The translations under genes were made by a program, and so were the position numbers. A DNA stretch of 64,000 nt from assembly GCA_026706595.1 (NCBI GenBank), contig JAPOYL010000011.1, forward strand, positions 69,686-133,685. Direction: 5' to 3'. Source of the stretch: Gammaproteobacteria bacterium (GTDB lineage Bacteria; Pseudomonadota; Gammaproteobacteria; UBA4575). The notes under the pieces were generated by a model. The model was not told where the DNA came from and did no database searches. It saw only the letters and a program-made list of their open reading frames with translations. The stretch's first letter is position 1, and each line of letters starts with the position of its first letter. Below are positions 1-9,758 of this stretch, one piece after another.

Positions 1-974
1 ACCTGAACAACCACATCGGAGTGCCGTTGACACTGCTGGATCTGAATGAAGGGCATCGCCACGCAGTGATCGAGATGGGTGCGAATCATGCGGGTGAAAT
101 CGAGAATCTCGCAAGGCTCGCAAGCCCCGACATCGGTGTGATCAGCAATATCGGGCCCGCGCATCTGGAGGGATTCGGTTCGCTGGAGGGCGTGGCGCGA
201 GCGAAAGCGGAACTGTACCGCTACATGAATCCGCGGGGTATTGCCGTGGTCAATGCCGATGAGCCGTATCTGCCTTTGTGGCGTGAAGACATCGGCACAC
301 GTCGGCAGGTTTCATTCGGGATCCGGCAGGATGCAGATGTCACTGGCGAAAAGACGGACTCACGCAAGGTCAGGATCCGAATGCCGACGGGAGAAATAAA
401 CACAACCCTGCAGGTTCCCGGACAACATGGCTTGTATAACGCACTTGCTGCCGCGGCAGTTTGTACGGGTCTCGAGATCGGGATTGAAGATATCCGAACC
501 GGCATTGAATCCGCAAAGCCCGTACCTGGCCGCCTTGTACGGCTCGAAGGAATTCATGGTGCGTGTGTCCTGGACGATACCTACAACGCCAATCCCGCCT
601 CGCTGTCCGTTGCGCTCGATGTGCAGGCACAGGAGCCCGGCGCACACTGGCTGGTACTTGGAGACATGGGAGAACTGGGCGCAGAAAGCATCGCCCTGCA
701 TAAAAAAGCCGGAATCATGGCCAGGAAATCCGGTATCACACGCCTGCTGGCAGTCGGCAAGCTGGCCGCCCATGCGGTGGAGACATTTGGCCAGGATGGC
801 GAGCATTTCTTGGAGCACCGGGACATTATCAAGGTTTTGTGCGATGAACTGGACGATCAGGTCTGTGTACTGGTGAAAGGCTCGCGCGCCATGCGACTGG
901 AAAAGGTTATAGAAGGGATCCGGGCACGTGCCCCTGCTGACTTGGGAGGCAGTCACAAAGAACATGCTGCTTGA
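1..974 (+). CDS. murF: UDP-N-acetylmuramoyl-tripeptide--D-alanyl-D-alanine ligase MurF, C-terminal part (5' truncated by window edge)
   Basis: Translation is continuous from the window start ([12 protein letters not shown]...). Mur ligase C-terminal domain motifs. Position immediately upstream of mraY. Confidence 0.85.
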   Translation, partial: LNNHIGVPLTLLDLNEGHRHAVIEMGANHAGEIENLARLASPDIGVISNIGPAHLEGFGSLEGVARAKAELYRYMNPRGIAVVNADEPYLPLWREDIGTRRQVSFGIRQDADVTGEKTDSRKVRIRMPTGEINTTLQVPGQHGLYNALAAAAVCTGLEIGIEDIRTGIESAKPVPGRLVRLEGIHGACVLDDTYNANPASLSVALDVQAQEPGAHWLVLGDMGELGAESIALHKKAGIMARKSGITRLLAVGKLAAHAVETFGQDGEHFLEHRDIIKVLCDELDDQVCVLVKGSRAMRLEKVIEGIRARAPADLGGSHKEHAA

Positions 975-2046
975 ACTGTTCGAGTATCTGGAAAGCTTCC
1001 ACTCTGGATTCAATGTCTTCCAGTATCTGACCCTGCGTTCGATCCTGGCCGTGCTGACCGCCCTGATTATCTGCTTCGTGACGGCACCCGTCATGATCCG
1101 CAAGCTGAGCGACTACAAGGTGAGTCAGAACGTCAGGGATGACGGGCCACAGACTCATCATGCCAAGGCAGGTACGCCGACCATGGGCGGGGTGTTTCTG
1201 CTGTTTGCAATTTTCCTGAGCGCGATCCTGTGGAGTGATATGACCAACCGGTACGTGTGGTTTGTGCTGGCCACAACCTTTTTGTTTGGCCTGGTCGGCG
1301 CCGTGGATGACATCAAGAAACTGCTGGGCGGATCGAGCCAGGGGCTGACTGCAAAAAGCAAGTATTTCTGGCAGTCGGTCATCGGGATTGGCGTCGCGTT
1401 GCTGTTGTTCTATACGGCAGAGAGTTCCGTCGAATCCAGTCTGTATGTTCCATTTTTCAAGAATGTGATCATCCCCCTGGGTGCCTGGTTCGTGGTGCTC
1501 ACGTACATCGTCATCGTGGGTACCAGCAATGCAGTGAACCTGACCGATGGGCTGGATGGCCTGGCCATCATGCCGGTGGTCATGGTCGCTGGCACCCTCG
1601 GCATATTTTCGTATCTAAGCGGTAACCTGAATTTTTCGAGTTATCTTGCCATTCCGTATTTGCCGCTTGCCGGAGAACTGGTGGTGTTCTGTGGCGCGGT
1701 GGTTGGTGCCGGGCTGGGATTTCTCTGGTACAACGCGTACCCCGCACAGGTGTTTATGGGCGATGTCGGCGCACTGTCACTCGGCGCGGCCCTGGGGCTG
1801 CTGGCAGTTCTGGTGCGCCAGGAGATCGTGCTGATGATCATGGGCGGCCTTTTTGTTGTGGAAACCGTTTCCGTAATGATCCAGGTCGCATCTTACAAAC
1901 TCACGGGCAAAAGGGTTTTTCAGATGGCGCCCCTGCACCATCATTTTGAGATGGGAGGTTCACCGGAGCCCCGGGTGATCGTACGCTGCTGGATCATTAC
2001 GTTCGTACTCGTGCTGATCAGCCTGGCAACCCTGAAAATCCGATAA
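964..2046 (+). CDS. mraY: phospho-N-acetylmuramoyl-pentapeptide transferase MraY
   Basis: MLLELFEYL...[11 protein letters not shown]...[13 protein letters not shown]...MAPLHHHFE aligns along its full length with E. coli MraY. ATG at 964 overlaps the murF stop. Track ORF 928 is 5'-extended. Confidence 0.93.
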   Translation: MLLELFEYLESFHSGFNVFQYLTLRSILAVLTALIICFVTAPVMIRKLSDYKVSQNVRDDGPQTHHAKAGTPTMGGVFLLFAIFLSAILWSDMTNRYVWFVLATTFLFGLVGAVDDIKKLLGGSSQGLTAKSKYFWQSVIGIGVALLLFYTAESSVESSLYVPFFKNVIIPLGAWFVVLTYIVIVGTSNAVNLTDGLDGLAIMPVVMVAGTLGIFSYLSGNLNFSSYLAIPYLPLAGELVVFCGAVVGAGLGFLWYNAYPAQVFMGDVGALSLGAALGLLAVLVRQEIVLMIMGGLFVVETVSVMIQVASYKLTGKRVFQMAPLHHHFEMGGSPEPRVIVRCWIITFVLVLISLATLKIR

Positions 2047-2050
2047 TGTC

Positions 2051-3406
2051 ATGGCACTGGCACTGCAAGAACAGATGATGGAAGACGCTCACGAATGCAT
2101 TGTTGTCGGGCTTGGCAAGACCGGCCTGTCGGTAGCGCGTCACTTGCACAGACGAGGCATTTCCTTCGCCATGACGGACACCCGGGACCAGCCTCCCGGG
2201 CTCGCTGCTTTCAGGCGGGAATTTCCGCATCTGGACATCTGCACGGGAGCCTTGCCAGCGCAGTGGTTTGCAGCAGCCAACCAGATCGTTCTGAGTCCCG
2301 GCGTGGATACAAGAAATCCGGCGATTCAGGCGGCGATTGCCCGGGGTGCAGAGTGTCTTGGAGATGTTGAACTGTTTGCAAGCGCCAACCGGGTGCCGGT
2401 CGTGGCTGTGACCGGCTCGAATGGGAAAAGCACTGTGGTTCAGTTGGTGACCGAGATGGCCTCTGCCTGCGGCTTGTGCGCGTATGCAGGCGGGAATATC
2501 GGAACCCCGGTACTGGACCTGCTCGAAAAAGATGACGCGCAGCTGTTTGTACTGGAGTTGTCGAGCTTCCAGCTTGAGTCCACATGGTCCCTGAAACCCC
2601 GCATCGGTGCGGTGTTGAACGTGTCTGCCGATCACCTCGATCGTCACGACAGCCTGGAGCAGTATGCAGAAATCAAGGCGCGCATCTATGCGCATGCGAG
2701 CTGCAGTGTGGTCAACCGGGATGACGGGTTCGTGATGAAGATGAAGACCTCCGGGATGGTCACGGATTTTGGCCTGGGTCGTCCAGCAGACCGTGGCTTC
2801 GGCCTGTTGCAACGGGGCATGCACTCGTACCTGGCCCAGGGGGATCATTGCCTGTTGTCGACAGACAGCCTCAAGATGCAGGGTGAGGCGGGCATCCTGA
2901 ATGCACTGGCAGCGCTGGCGATAGGCCATGCCTTTGGTCTGTCAATGGAAAATATGTGCAGCGTCCTCAAGCGTTTCAAGGGATTGCCGCACCGCTTGTC
3001 CCAGGTTGGCGAGTCCCGCGGTGTGGCCTGGTTCAATGACTCAAAAGGTACCAATGTCGGTGCCTCTGTCATGTCACTGAGAAGCCTGGAAAGCAATGTC
3101 ATCCTGCTGGCCGGAGGGATTTTCAAGGGAGGCGATCTGGCGGGTTTGCGGTCTGCAGTAGCCCGTCATGCCAAGCACGCAATTTTGTTCGGGCAGGATT
3201 CAGATTTGCTGCGGCAGGCTCTGCGCGGGGCCGTGCAGATTCATTCTGCAGATACCATGCGCGATGCCGTGGTCCAGGCCCAGGCACTTTCTGTGGCCGG
3301 TGACAAGGTGTTGCTGTCCCCGGCATGTGCAAGTTTCGACATGTATGAGAACTATATCGCGCGGGGCAGGGATTTCGAGAGCTGTGTCAGGGAGCTGGTG
3401 CTGTGA
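2051..3406 (+). CDS. murD: UDP-N-acetylmuramoylalanine--D-glutamate ligase MurD
   Basis: VVGLGKTGLS nucleotide-binding N-terminus, GSNGKST P-loop and Mur ligase domains, in dcw position. Start could instead be the internal Met at about 2075. Confidence 0.9.
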   Translation: MALALQEQMMEDAHECIVVGLGKTGLSVARHLHRRGISFAMTDTRDQPPGLAAFRREFPHLDICTGALPAQWFAAANQIVLSPGVDTRNPAIQAAIARGAECLGDVELFASANRVPVVAVTGSNGKSTVVQLVTEMASACGLCAYAGGNIGTPVLDLLEKDDAQLFVLELSSFQLESTWSLKPRIGAVLNVSADHLDRHDSLEQYAEIKARIYAHASCSVVNRDDGFVMKMKTSGMVTDFGLGRPADRGFGLLQRGMHSYLAQGDHCLLSTDSLKMQGEAGILNALAALAIGHAFGLSMENMCSVLKRFKGLPHRLSQVGESRGVAWFNDSKGTNVGASVMSLRSLESNVILLAGGIFKGGDLAGLRSAVARHAKHAILFGQDSDLLRQALRGAVQIHSADTMRDAVVQAQALSVAGDKVLLSPACASFDMYENYIARGRDFESCVRELVL

Positions 3407-4593
3407 ACTCATCCAGACGGTTTGTGCATGGAAGGGAGGCCCGCGAGGATGCAGAGCTGTCCCGTCAATGTGATGTCACGCTCGTCCTGTCTGCAGTACT
3501 GTTGCTCGGCATTGGCCTGGTGATGGTGGCATCCTCCTCGATAGAAATTGCAGACCGTGGTACCGGCGACCCGCTGTACTATTTCAAACGTCAGTTCATT
3601 TTTGCGGTGTTCGGCGTGCTGGCGGCCCTATTGCTCACCAAAGTCCGGCTGGCACACCTGGAACGTTCCGGCATGTTTTTGCTGTTTCTGATGGTGGCCC
3701 TTCTGGTACTGGTACTGATCCCGGGGATGGGCAGGACGGTGTACGGGAGTACGCGCTGGCTGGAGCTCGGCCCCCTGGGCATACAGGTTTCTGAAATTGT
3801 GAAGTTGTTGTTGATCATCTACCTTGCCGGCTATCTGGTCAGGCATGGGCAGCAGGTCATCGAGTCGTTCACCGGATTTGTACGGCCCATGCTGGTCTTG
3901 CTGATCCTGTTTACTTTGCTGCTGCTGGAACCCGATTTCGGTGCTGCCATCGTTTTGCTGGTTACCGCACTTGGCATGTTCTGGCTGGCAGGCGCCAAAA
4001 TCCTCAACTTCGTGATCCTGTTTATCGCATCGGCGGCTTCCATGGCCGTGATTGCCATCTCTTCCCCGTATCGCATGGAACGTCTCACTGCATTTCTCAA
4101 CCCCTGGTCTGACCCGTTCGGTTCAGGTTTTCAGTTGACCCAGTCACTGATTGCGATTGGCAGTGGCTCGTGGACCGGCCTGGGCCTGGGCGCCAGTGTG
4201 CAGAAACTTTTTTACCTGCCCAAGGCGCACAACGATTTCGTGTTTGCCGTCATTGCCGAGGAGCTGGGTCTGGTCGGAGTCGCCGTGGTGCTGCTGCTGT
4301 TCCTGGTGCTGGTTGTCAGGTGTTTCGCGATCGGCAAAAAGGTGGAGGAGAAGGGCATGAAGTTTGGTGCTCTGGTCTGTTACGGGATCGGGGTCTGGCT
4401 GGGGTTGCAGGTCTTCATCAACATCGGTGTCAACATGGGTGTATTGCCCACCAAGGGGCTGACATTGCCATTGATCAGTGCAGGAGGCAGTAGCCTGCTG
4501 GTCGTTTGCATGGCCATCGGCCTGGTCACCCGTGTACACATGGAGGGGGTGGCCGAAGGGTCTGGACTGGTGCGGAGGTTCAGGAACTCATGA
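3403..4593 (+). CDS. ftsW: cell division protein FtsW (SEDS family peptidoglycan glycosyltransferase)
   Basis: Polytopic SEDS protein. GTG start overlaps the murD stop (GTGA). Located between murD and murG. Confidence 0.9.
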   Translation: MNSSRRFVHGREAREDAELSRQCDVTLVLSAVLLLGIGLVMVASSSIEIADRGTGDPLYYFKRQFIFAVFGVLAALLLTKVRLAHLERSGMFLLFLMVALLVLVLIPGMGRTVYGSTRWLELGPLGIQVSEIVKLLLIIYLAGYLVRHGQQVIESFTGFVRPMLVLLILFTLLLLEPDFGAAIVLLVTALGMFWLAGAKILNFVILFIASAASMAVIAISSPYRMERLTAFLNPWSDPFGSGFQLTQSLIAIGSGSWTGLGLGASVQKLFYLPKAHNDFVFAVIAEELGLVGVAVVLLLFLVLVVRCFAIGKKVEEKGMKFGALVCYGIGVWLGLQVFINIGVNMGVLPTKGLTLPLISAGGSSLLVVCMAIGLVTRVHMEGVAEGSGLVRRFRNS

Positions 4594-5717
4594 AGGCGGC
4601 GCGCGCTCCAATCATGATTTTTGCAGCCGGTACGGGTGGTCATGTGTTTCCAGCACTTGCGGTGGCAAGGAAGCTTGAGCAGCAGGGTGTCCCGGTGGTC
4701 TGGGTGGGAACGAAAAAGGGCATAGAATCGCGTGTGGTGGCCAATACCGCCTATCGCTTTGAGGAGATTTCCATCGGCGGTCTTCGAAACAAGGATTTGC
4801 TGACCTACCTGCTGGCACCGGTCAAGCTGGGGCTTGCCGGGCTGCAGACCATCCGGCTGGTACTGAAACACAGGCCCTGCGCGGTACTGGGCATGGGCGG
4901 GTTTGTCTCCGGTACCGGCGGGCTGGCGGCTGCCTTGTTCAGGCGGCCCCTGGTCATCCATGAGCAAAACGCGATTTCGGGTCTGACCAATCGTCTTCTC
5001 GCACCGTTCGCCACCCACATCCTGGCGGCATTCCCAGGCACGTTCGCACGCAAGAACGTGGAAGTGGTCGGCAATCCGGTGCGCAAGGAAATTTCACGAG
5101 ACAAGCGTGAGCACGAAGTCGGTGATCCGGAAGACAGGCCGCTGCATGTGCTCGTGGTGGGCGGCAGCCTGGGCGCGCATACCCTGAACAAGACCGTGCC
5201 GGATGCAGTGGCATTGCTGGAGGCCGGAAAGCGCCCGCAAGTCTGGCATCAGAGTGGAGACAACAAGCTCGAATTCACGCAGCAGGCATACGACTCTCAC
5301 CGGATTGAAGCCCGTGTGGATGCATTCATCGAGAACATGCATGACGCCTATGCATGGGCAGACCTTGTGATTTGTCGCGCTGGCGCGATTACCGTGGCAG
5401 AACTTGCGATAGCGGGTGTCGGTGCTGTTTTTGTCCCGTACCCGTATGCCGTGGACGATCACCAGACGGCCAATGCCAGCGTGTTGGTCAAGGCGGGCGC
5501 GGCCTTCATGATCCAGGAGCGCGAGCTCAATGCATCCGGGCTGGCTGCACTGTTGCGCGATGTGGAAGTGCATCGATCCAAGGTCAGGGACCTTGCTGCG
5601 GCCATCCGGGGCTTTGCCAAGCCACGGGCTGCCGAAGACGTGGCAAAAATTTGCATGCAGGCCTGTCTGAAACGCAAGGGCGAGCACACAGGGCTGGCAG
5701 AGGATCCGGGCTCATGA
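4590..5717 (+). CDS. murG: UDP-N-acetylglucosamine--N-acetylmuramyl-(pentapeptide) pyrophosphoryl-undecaprenol N-acetylglucosamine transferase MurG
   Basis: IMIFAAGTGGHVFPALAVA G-loop near the N-terminus. ATGA overlap with the ftsW stop. Track ORF 4506 is 5'-extended. Confidence 0.92.
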   Translation: MKAARAPIMIFAAGTGGHVFPALAVARKLEQQGVPVVWVGTKKGIESRVVANTAYRFEEISIGGLRNKDLLTYLLAPVKLGLAGLQTIRLVLKHRPCAVLGMGGFVSGTGGLAAALFRRPLVIHEQNAISGLTNRLLAPFATHILAAFPGTFARKNVEVVGNPVRKEISRDKREHEVGDPEDRPLHVLVVGGSLGAHTLNKTVPDAVALLEAGKRPQVWHQSGDNKLEFTQQAYDSHRIEARVDAFIENMHDAYAWADLVICRAGAITVAELAIAGVGAVFVPYPYAVDDHQTANASVLVKAGAAFMIQERELNASGLAALLRDVEVHRSKVRDLAAAIRGFAKPRAAEDVAKICMQACLKRKGEHTGLAEDPGS

Positions 5718-7126
5718 CATTCAACATCGGACATTTTGCAACCCGCAAAATCAAGCGCGTGCACTTCGTGGGTATCGGTGGTTCCGGCATGGGCGGCATC
5801 GCCGAGGTGATGGTGAACCTGGGGTATCAGGTATACGGCTCCGACATCCAGGAGAACGCGATTACGAAGCGCCTGTCAAAACTGGGCGCGACGGTTTACG
5901 GCCATCACGATGCCGGCAATGTCCGGGATGCCGACGTCGTGGTGATGTCAAGCGCGGTAGGAGAGGATAACCCGGAGATCGCCGCCGCCCATGAACGGCG
6001 CATCCCGGTCGTGCCCCGCGCGGAGATGCTTGCCGAACTGATGCGTTTCCGTTACGGCATCGCGGTGGCGGGCACCCATGGCAAGACCACCACGACGAGT
6101 CTGATTGCATCCATACTTGCACACGCCGATCTGGACCCGACCTTTATCATCGGCGGCCGTGTCAACAGTTTTGGAAGCCACTCGAAGCTGGGTGCCGGAC
6201 AGTACCTGGTTGCCGAGGCGGACGAAAGCGATTCCTCGTTCCTGTACCTGCAGCCGATCATGTCGGTCGTGACCAATATCGATTCGGATCATCTGTCCGC
6301 GTACGGGGGCGATTTCAACACCTTGCAGGACGCATTCTTGCAGTTTATCCATCACTTGCCCTTTTATGGGGTGGCCGTTTTGTGTATGGACGATGACACG
6401 GTCCGCGCCCAGTTGCCAAAGATCTCGCGCCCGTGTGTCACCTACGGCTTTTCGGACCAGGCCGATTACCGGATCACCGAAGTCGAGAAGTCTGCACTGC
6501 AGACAAAATTTGTCCTGCTGCGGCCCGGCCGGCAGGCCCCGGTCAGGTTCGTACTGAATCTTCTGGGCATTCACAATGTCCTGAACGCGGTGGCGGCAGC
6601 GATTGTCGCACTGCAGCTTGACGTCAAGGAAAACTGCATACAGTCAGCCTTCGAGAACTTTCAGGGCATTGCGCGGCGTTTTCAGGTCTACCCGCAGATA
6701 TCCATTAACAACCGGCATGTTCAACTGGTGGACGACTATGGCCATCACCCTGCCGAAATCGCCGCTACGATGACCACTGCACGGGATGCTTGGCCCGGGC
6801 GCAGACTGACCGTGCTGTTCCAGCCGCACCGGTATTCGCGCACACGGGACCTGTTCGACGATTTTGTACGGGTGCTGAACGAAGCAGATGTCCTGATGCT
6901 GTGTGAGGTCTATGCGGCCAACGAAGAACCCTTGGTAGGGGCTGACAGCTTGGCTCTGAGTCGTGCACTCCGTGCACGGGGCAAGCTTGACCCGATCCTG
7001 GTGAAGGACTTGTCCGACATCCAGGCCACGCTGGAGCATGTCTCGGAGGACCAGGATGTTCTGCTCACCCTGGGAGCAGGCAGCGTCGGGGGCATTGCCC
7101 AGCATCTGGGTGAGATTTTCGCGTGA
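5714..7126 (+). CDS. murC: UDP-N-acetylmuramate--L-alanine ligase MurC
   Basis: MTFNIGHFATRKIKRVHFVGIGGSGMGGIAEV N-terminus, GTHGKTTT P-loop. ATGA overlap with the murG stop. Track ORF 5354 is 5'-extended. Confidence 0.93.
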   Translation: MTFNIGHFATRKIKRVHFVGIGGSGMGGIAEVMVNLGYQVYGSDIQENAITKRLSKLGATVYGHHDAGNVRDADVVVMSSAVGEDNPEIAAAHERRIPVVPRAEMLAELMRFRYGIAVAGTHGKTTTTSLIASILAHADLDPTFIIGGRVNSFGSHSKLGAGQYLVAEADESDSSFLYLQPIMSVVTNIDSDHLSAYGGDFNTLQDAFLQFIHHLPFYGVAVLCMDDDTVRAQLPKISRPCVTYGFSDQADYRITEVEKSALQTKFVLLRPGRQAPVRFVLNLLGIHNVLNAVAAAIVALQLDVKENCIQSAFENFQGIARRFQVYPQISINNRHVQLVDDYGHHPAEIAATMTTARDAWPGRRLTVLFQPHRYSRTRDLFDDFVRVLNEADVLMLCEVYAANEEPLVGADSLALSRALRARGKLDPILVKDLSDIQATLEHVSEDQDVLLTLGAGSVGGIAQHLGEIFA

Positions 7127-7133
7127 CACGGAT

Positions 7134-8033
7134 ATGGAAGCGGTACACGACATCGAAATGCTGCGCGGGACGCTAGAAAGAAATGCCTCGCTGGCACGAT
7201 TCACCAGCTGGAAGGTTGGCGGTGTTGCCGATCTTTTGTACAGGCCCGCGGACGTGCAGGACCTGAGAAATTTTTTGGCAGGCCAGGCGCAGGATATGCC
7301 GCTGACCTGGTTGGGTGGCGGTACCAATGTGCTTGTACGTGACGGGGGCGTACGGGGTACGGTGATTTTGCTGCATGGCTGTTTGGGAGGGCTGGAGATT
7401 GCAGGCCCCGGCATGGTCCGGGCAGAGGCAGGTGCTGCCTGCGCCAAGCTGGCACGCTTTTGTGCAGATCAGGAGTTGCAGGGTTCCGAGTTTCTGGTAG
7501 GCATCCCCGGCACGGTCGGGGGTGCGCTGGCCATGAATTCCGGTGCCTACGGTCATGCGACCTGGGAATTCGTATCGCACGCGCAGACCGTGGACCGACG
7601 TGGCGAGCTGCGCACCCGGCCTTGCGATGATTTCAGGCCGGGTTACCGCACGGTTCAAGTACCCCGGGATGAGTGGTTTGTCGGGGCCGTGTTCCGGTTT
7701 GTCCCCGGAGACGCGTCGCAGGCGAGGGCCGTCATTCGTTCGCTGCTGGAACGGCGCAATGCAGACCAGCCCCTGGGGAATCAGAGTTGTGGCTCGGTGT
7801 TCAGGAATCCGGAGCAGGATCATGCCGCCCGGCTGATCGAGAGCAGTGGCCTGAAGGGTACCTGCATCGGCGGGGCGCAGGTTTCGGAGAAACATGCAAA
7901 CTTCATCATCAATCTGGGACATGCCACGGCCGGGGATATCGAGGAACTGATCTGGAAGGTGCATGCGACCGTGGAGACCAAGCAGGGCGTCACGCTGGTT
8001 CCCGAGGTCAGGATTCTGGGGGAAGTGCAATGA
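7134..8033 (+). CDS. murB: UDP-N-acetylenolpyruvoylglucosamine reductase MurB
   Basis: FAD-binding MurB motifs (SWKVGG, GGGTNVL, C-terminal MurB domain). Lies between murC and ddl. Confidence 0.9.
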   Translation: MEAVHDIEMLRGTLERNASLARFTSWKVGGVADLLYRPADVQDLRNFLAGQAQDMPLTWLGGGTNVLVRDGGVRGTVILLHGCLGGLEIAGPGMVRAEAGAACAKLARFCADQELQGSEFLVGIPGTVGGALAMNSGAYGHATWEFVSHAQTVDRRGELRTRPCDDFRPGYRTVQVPRDEWFVGAVFRFVPGDASQARAVIRSLLERRNADQPLGNQSCGSVFRNPEQDHAARLIESSGLKGTCIGGAQVSEKHANFIINLGHATAGDIEELIWKVHATVETKQGVTLVPEVRILGEVQ

Positions 8034-8947
8034 CGGACGTCTCGCGCTTTGGCAAGGTTGCGGTGCTGATGGGAGGGCCGTCATCGGAACGTGAAATCTC
8101 TCTCAGGAGCGGTGCTGCAGTGCTGGATGCATTGCAGGAGGCAAATGTGGATGCGACGGCAATTGATGTATCCGGTGATGTATTCGAGCGGTTGCGTGCC
8201 GGAAAATTTGACCGGGCCTTCATCGCGCTGCATGGATCCCTGGGCGAGGATGGCTGTATCCAGGGCGGGCTGGAGGTAATCGGGCTGCCGTACAGCGGCA
8301 GTGGTGTGCTGGCATCCGGGATCTGCATGAACAAGCGCATGACCAAGCAGATCTGGTCCGGGCGCGGCATCCCGACACCTGGATTCCAGGTCATCAAAGG
8401 CTCCGTCGATCCGGATGCGCTGGTTGCAGAACTGGGCTTGCCCATGATCCTGAAGCCCGTGTCCCAGGGTTCGAGCATAGGCATCACCAAGGTCGACACC
8501 CGGGAAGAGGTTGTGCCGGCGTGGAAGCACGCGTGCGATTTTGAGGACACGGTGATTGCGGAACAGTGGATCGAGGGCAAGGAATACACGGTAGCCGTAC
8601 TGGATGGTCAGGCACTGCCCGCCATCCGGCTGGAAACCCCGCGGACCTTCTATGATTTTGATGCCAAATACGAATCCGGTGACACCCAGTACCACTGTCC
8701 TTCCGGGTTGTCTGCCGCGCAGGAAACGGCAATCAAGGCACAGGTGCTGCAGGCCTTCGCTGCCACGGCGGCCTCGGGCTGGGGGCGCGTCGACCTGATT
8801 GTGGACAACCATGAACAGCCGTGGTTTCTGGAGATCAATACGGTCCCTGGCATGACAGACCATAGCCTGGTGCCGATGGCTGCCAAGGCACAGGGCATCG
8901 GCTTTGTCGAGCTCGTGCTCAGAATACTGGAGACTTCACTGGCCTGA
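8030..8947 (+). CDS. ddl: D-alanine--D-alanine ligase
   Basis: VAVLMGGPSSEREISLRSG, ATP-grasp motifs (ILKPVSQGSSIGI, WFLEINTVPGMT). ATGA overlap with the murB stop. Track ORF 7673 is 5'-extended. Confidence 0.93.
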   Translation: MTDVSRFGKVAVLMGGPSSEREISLRSGAAVLDALQEANVDATAIDVSGDVFERLRAGKFDRAFIALHGSLGEDGCIQGGLEVIGLPYSGSGVLASGICMNKRMTKQIWSGRGIPTPGFQVIKGSVDPDALVAELGLPMILKPVSQGSSIGITKVDTREEVVPAWKHACDFEDTVIAEQWIEGKEYTVAVLDGQALPAIRLETPRTFYDFDAKYESGDTQYHCPSGLSAAQETAIKAQVLQAFAATAASGWGRVDLIVDNHEQPWFLEINTVPGMTDHSLVPMAAKAQGIGFVELVLRILETSLA

Positions 8948-8948
8948 G

Positions 8949-9758
8949 ATGACTGCGCGAAAACGAAAGCATGCGAACAAAACACCCGTGTCACAAACGG
9001 TGCCCGGTTATTTTTCACTGCGCAGTGCATGGGATGTGCTGGTGATCGCCGTGCTGCTGGGTGTCGTGGCATATGGCGCATACTGGATTCGCACCCACCA
9101 CCCAGGTCTGCTGGCATGGCCGCAGATCCAGCAGGTCACGGTCGAGGGCGAGGTGCATGCCGATGACCGTGAGACCTTCAAGGAGATCGTAACCGCACGT
9201 GTCGCGAAAGGATTTTTCCGTATCCCCATGGGACGGCTGCAACAGGAACTGGCGGAGTTGCCCTGGGTCTACCGGGTCAAGGTCCGGCGCACCTGGCCCG
9301 CCACGCTGGAGGTCACGGTGTACGGGCAAGATCCGATTGCCCGCTGGGGCAAGACGGGACTGATGAATGTGTACGGGGGAATCTTTTTCCCGGAATCCGT
9401 GTCGGCATCCCATACGGCATTACCCATGCTGTACGGGGAAGAGGCTCGCGCCGCAGTGCTGGCCGGTATATTCGAACGCAACATGCGCAGGCTGGAGCCA
9501 TTGGGCCTACAGCTGCAGGGACTGTTCGAGGATGGTCGCCTGTCCAAGCATCTGGTGTTGTCCAACGGGGTCGTACTGGTCCTCGGGCATGGTGAGCTTG
9601 GCAAGAAAGTCACGCGTTTCATGACCGCTTACGAGGAGTACCTGTCTCCACACATGGAGCAAGTGAAGAAAATTGACCTTCGCTATACCAACGGTCTGGC
9701 AGTCGAGTGGAAAGATCCCCAACTGGCAGGAAACTTCAAGCTGGAACACAAGCTATGA
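8949..9758 (+). CDS. ftsQ: cell division protein FtsQ
   Basis: N-terminal TM anchor followed by POTRA and FtsQ domains. Conserved position between ddl and ftsA. Confidence 0.85.
   Translation: MTARKRKHANKTPVSQTVPGYFSLRSAWDVLVIAVLLGVVAYGAYWIRTHHPGLLAWPQIQQVTVEGEVHADDRETFKEIVTARVAKGFFRIPMGRLQQELAELPWVYRVKVRRTWPATLEVTVYGQDPIARWGKTGLMNVYGGIFFPESVSASHTALPMLYGEEARAAVLAGIFERNMRRLEPLGLQLQGLFEDGRLSKHLVLSNGVVLVLGHGELGKKVTRFMTAYEEYLSPHMEQVKKIDLRYTNGLAVEWKDPQLAGNFKLEHKL

Noticed and set aside
5354-5713. 5'-extended track ORFs (for example murC from 5354, ddl from 7673, nadE from 22903, clpB from 27402, sucC from 21085, rluD from 25729, radA from 56193).
   Set aside because: The extensions overlap the upstream genes in other frames and lack homology. 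Conserved N-termini and RBS or overlap patterns place the real starts downstream, as listed in the features.
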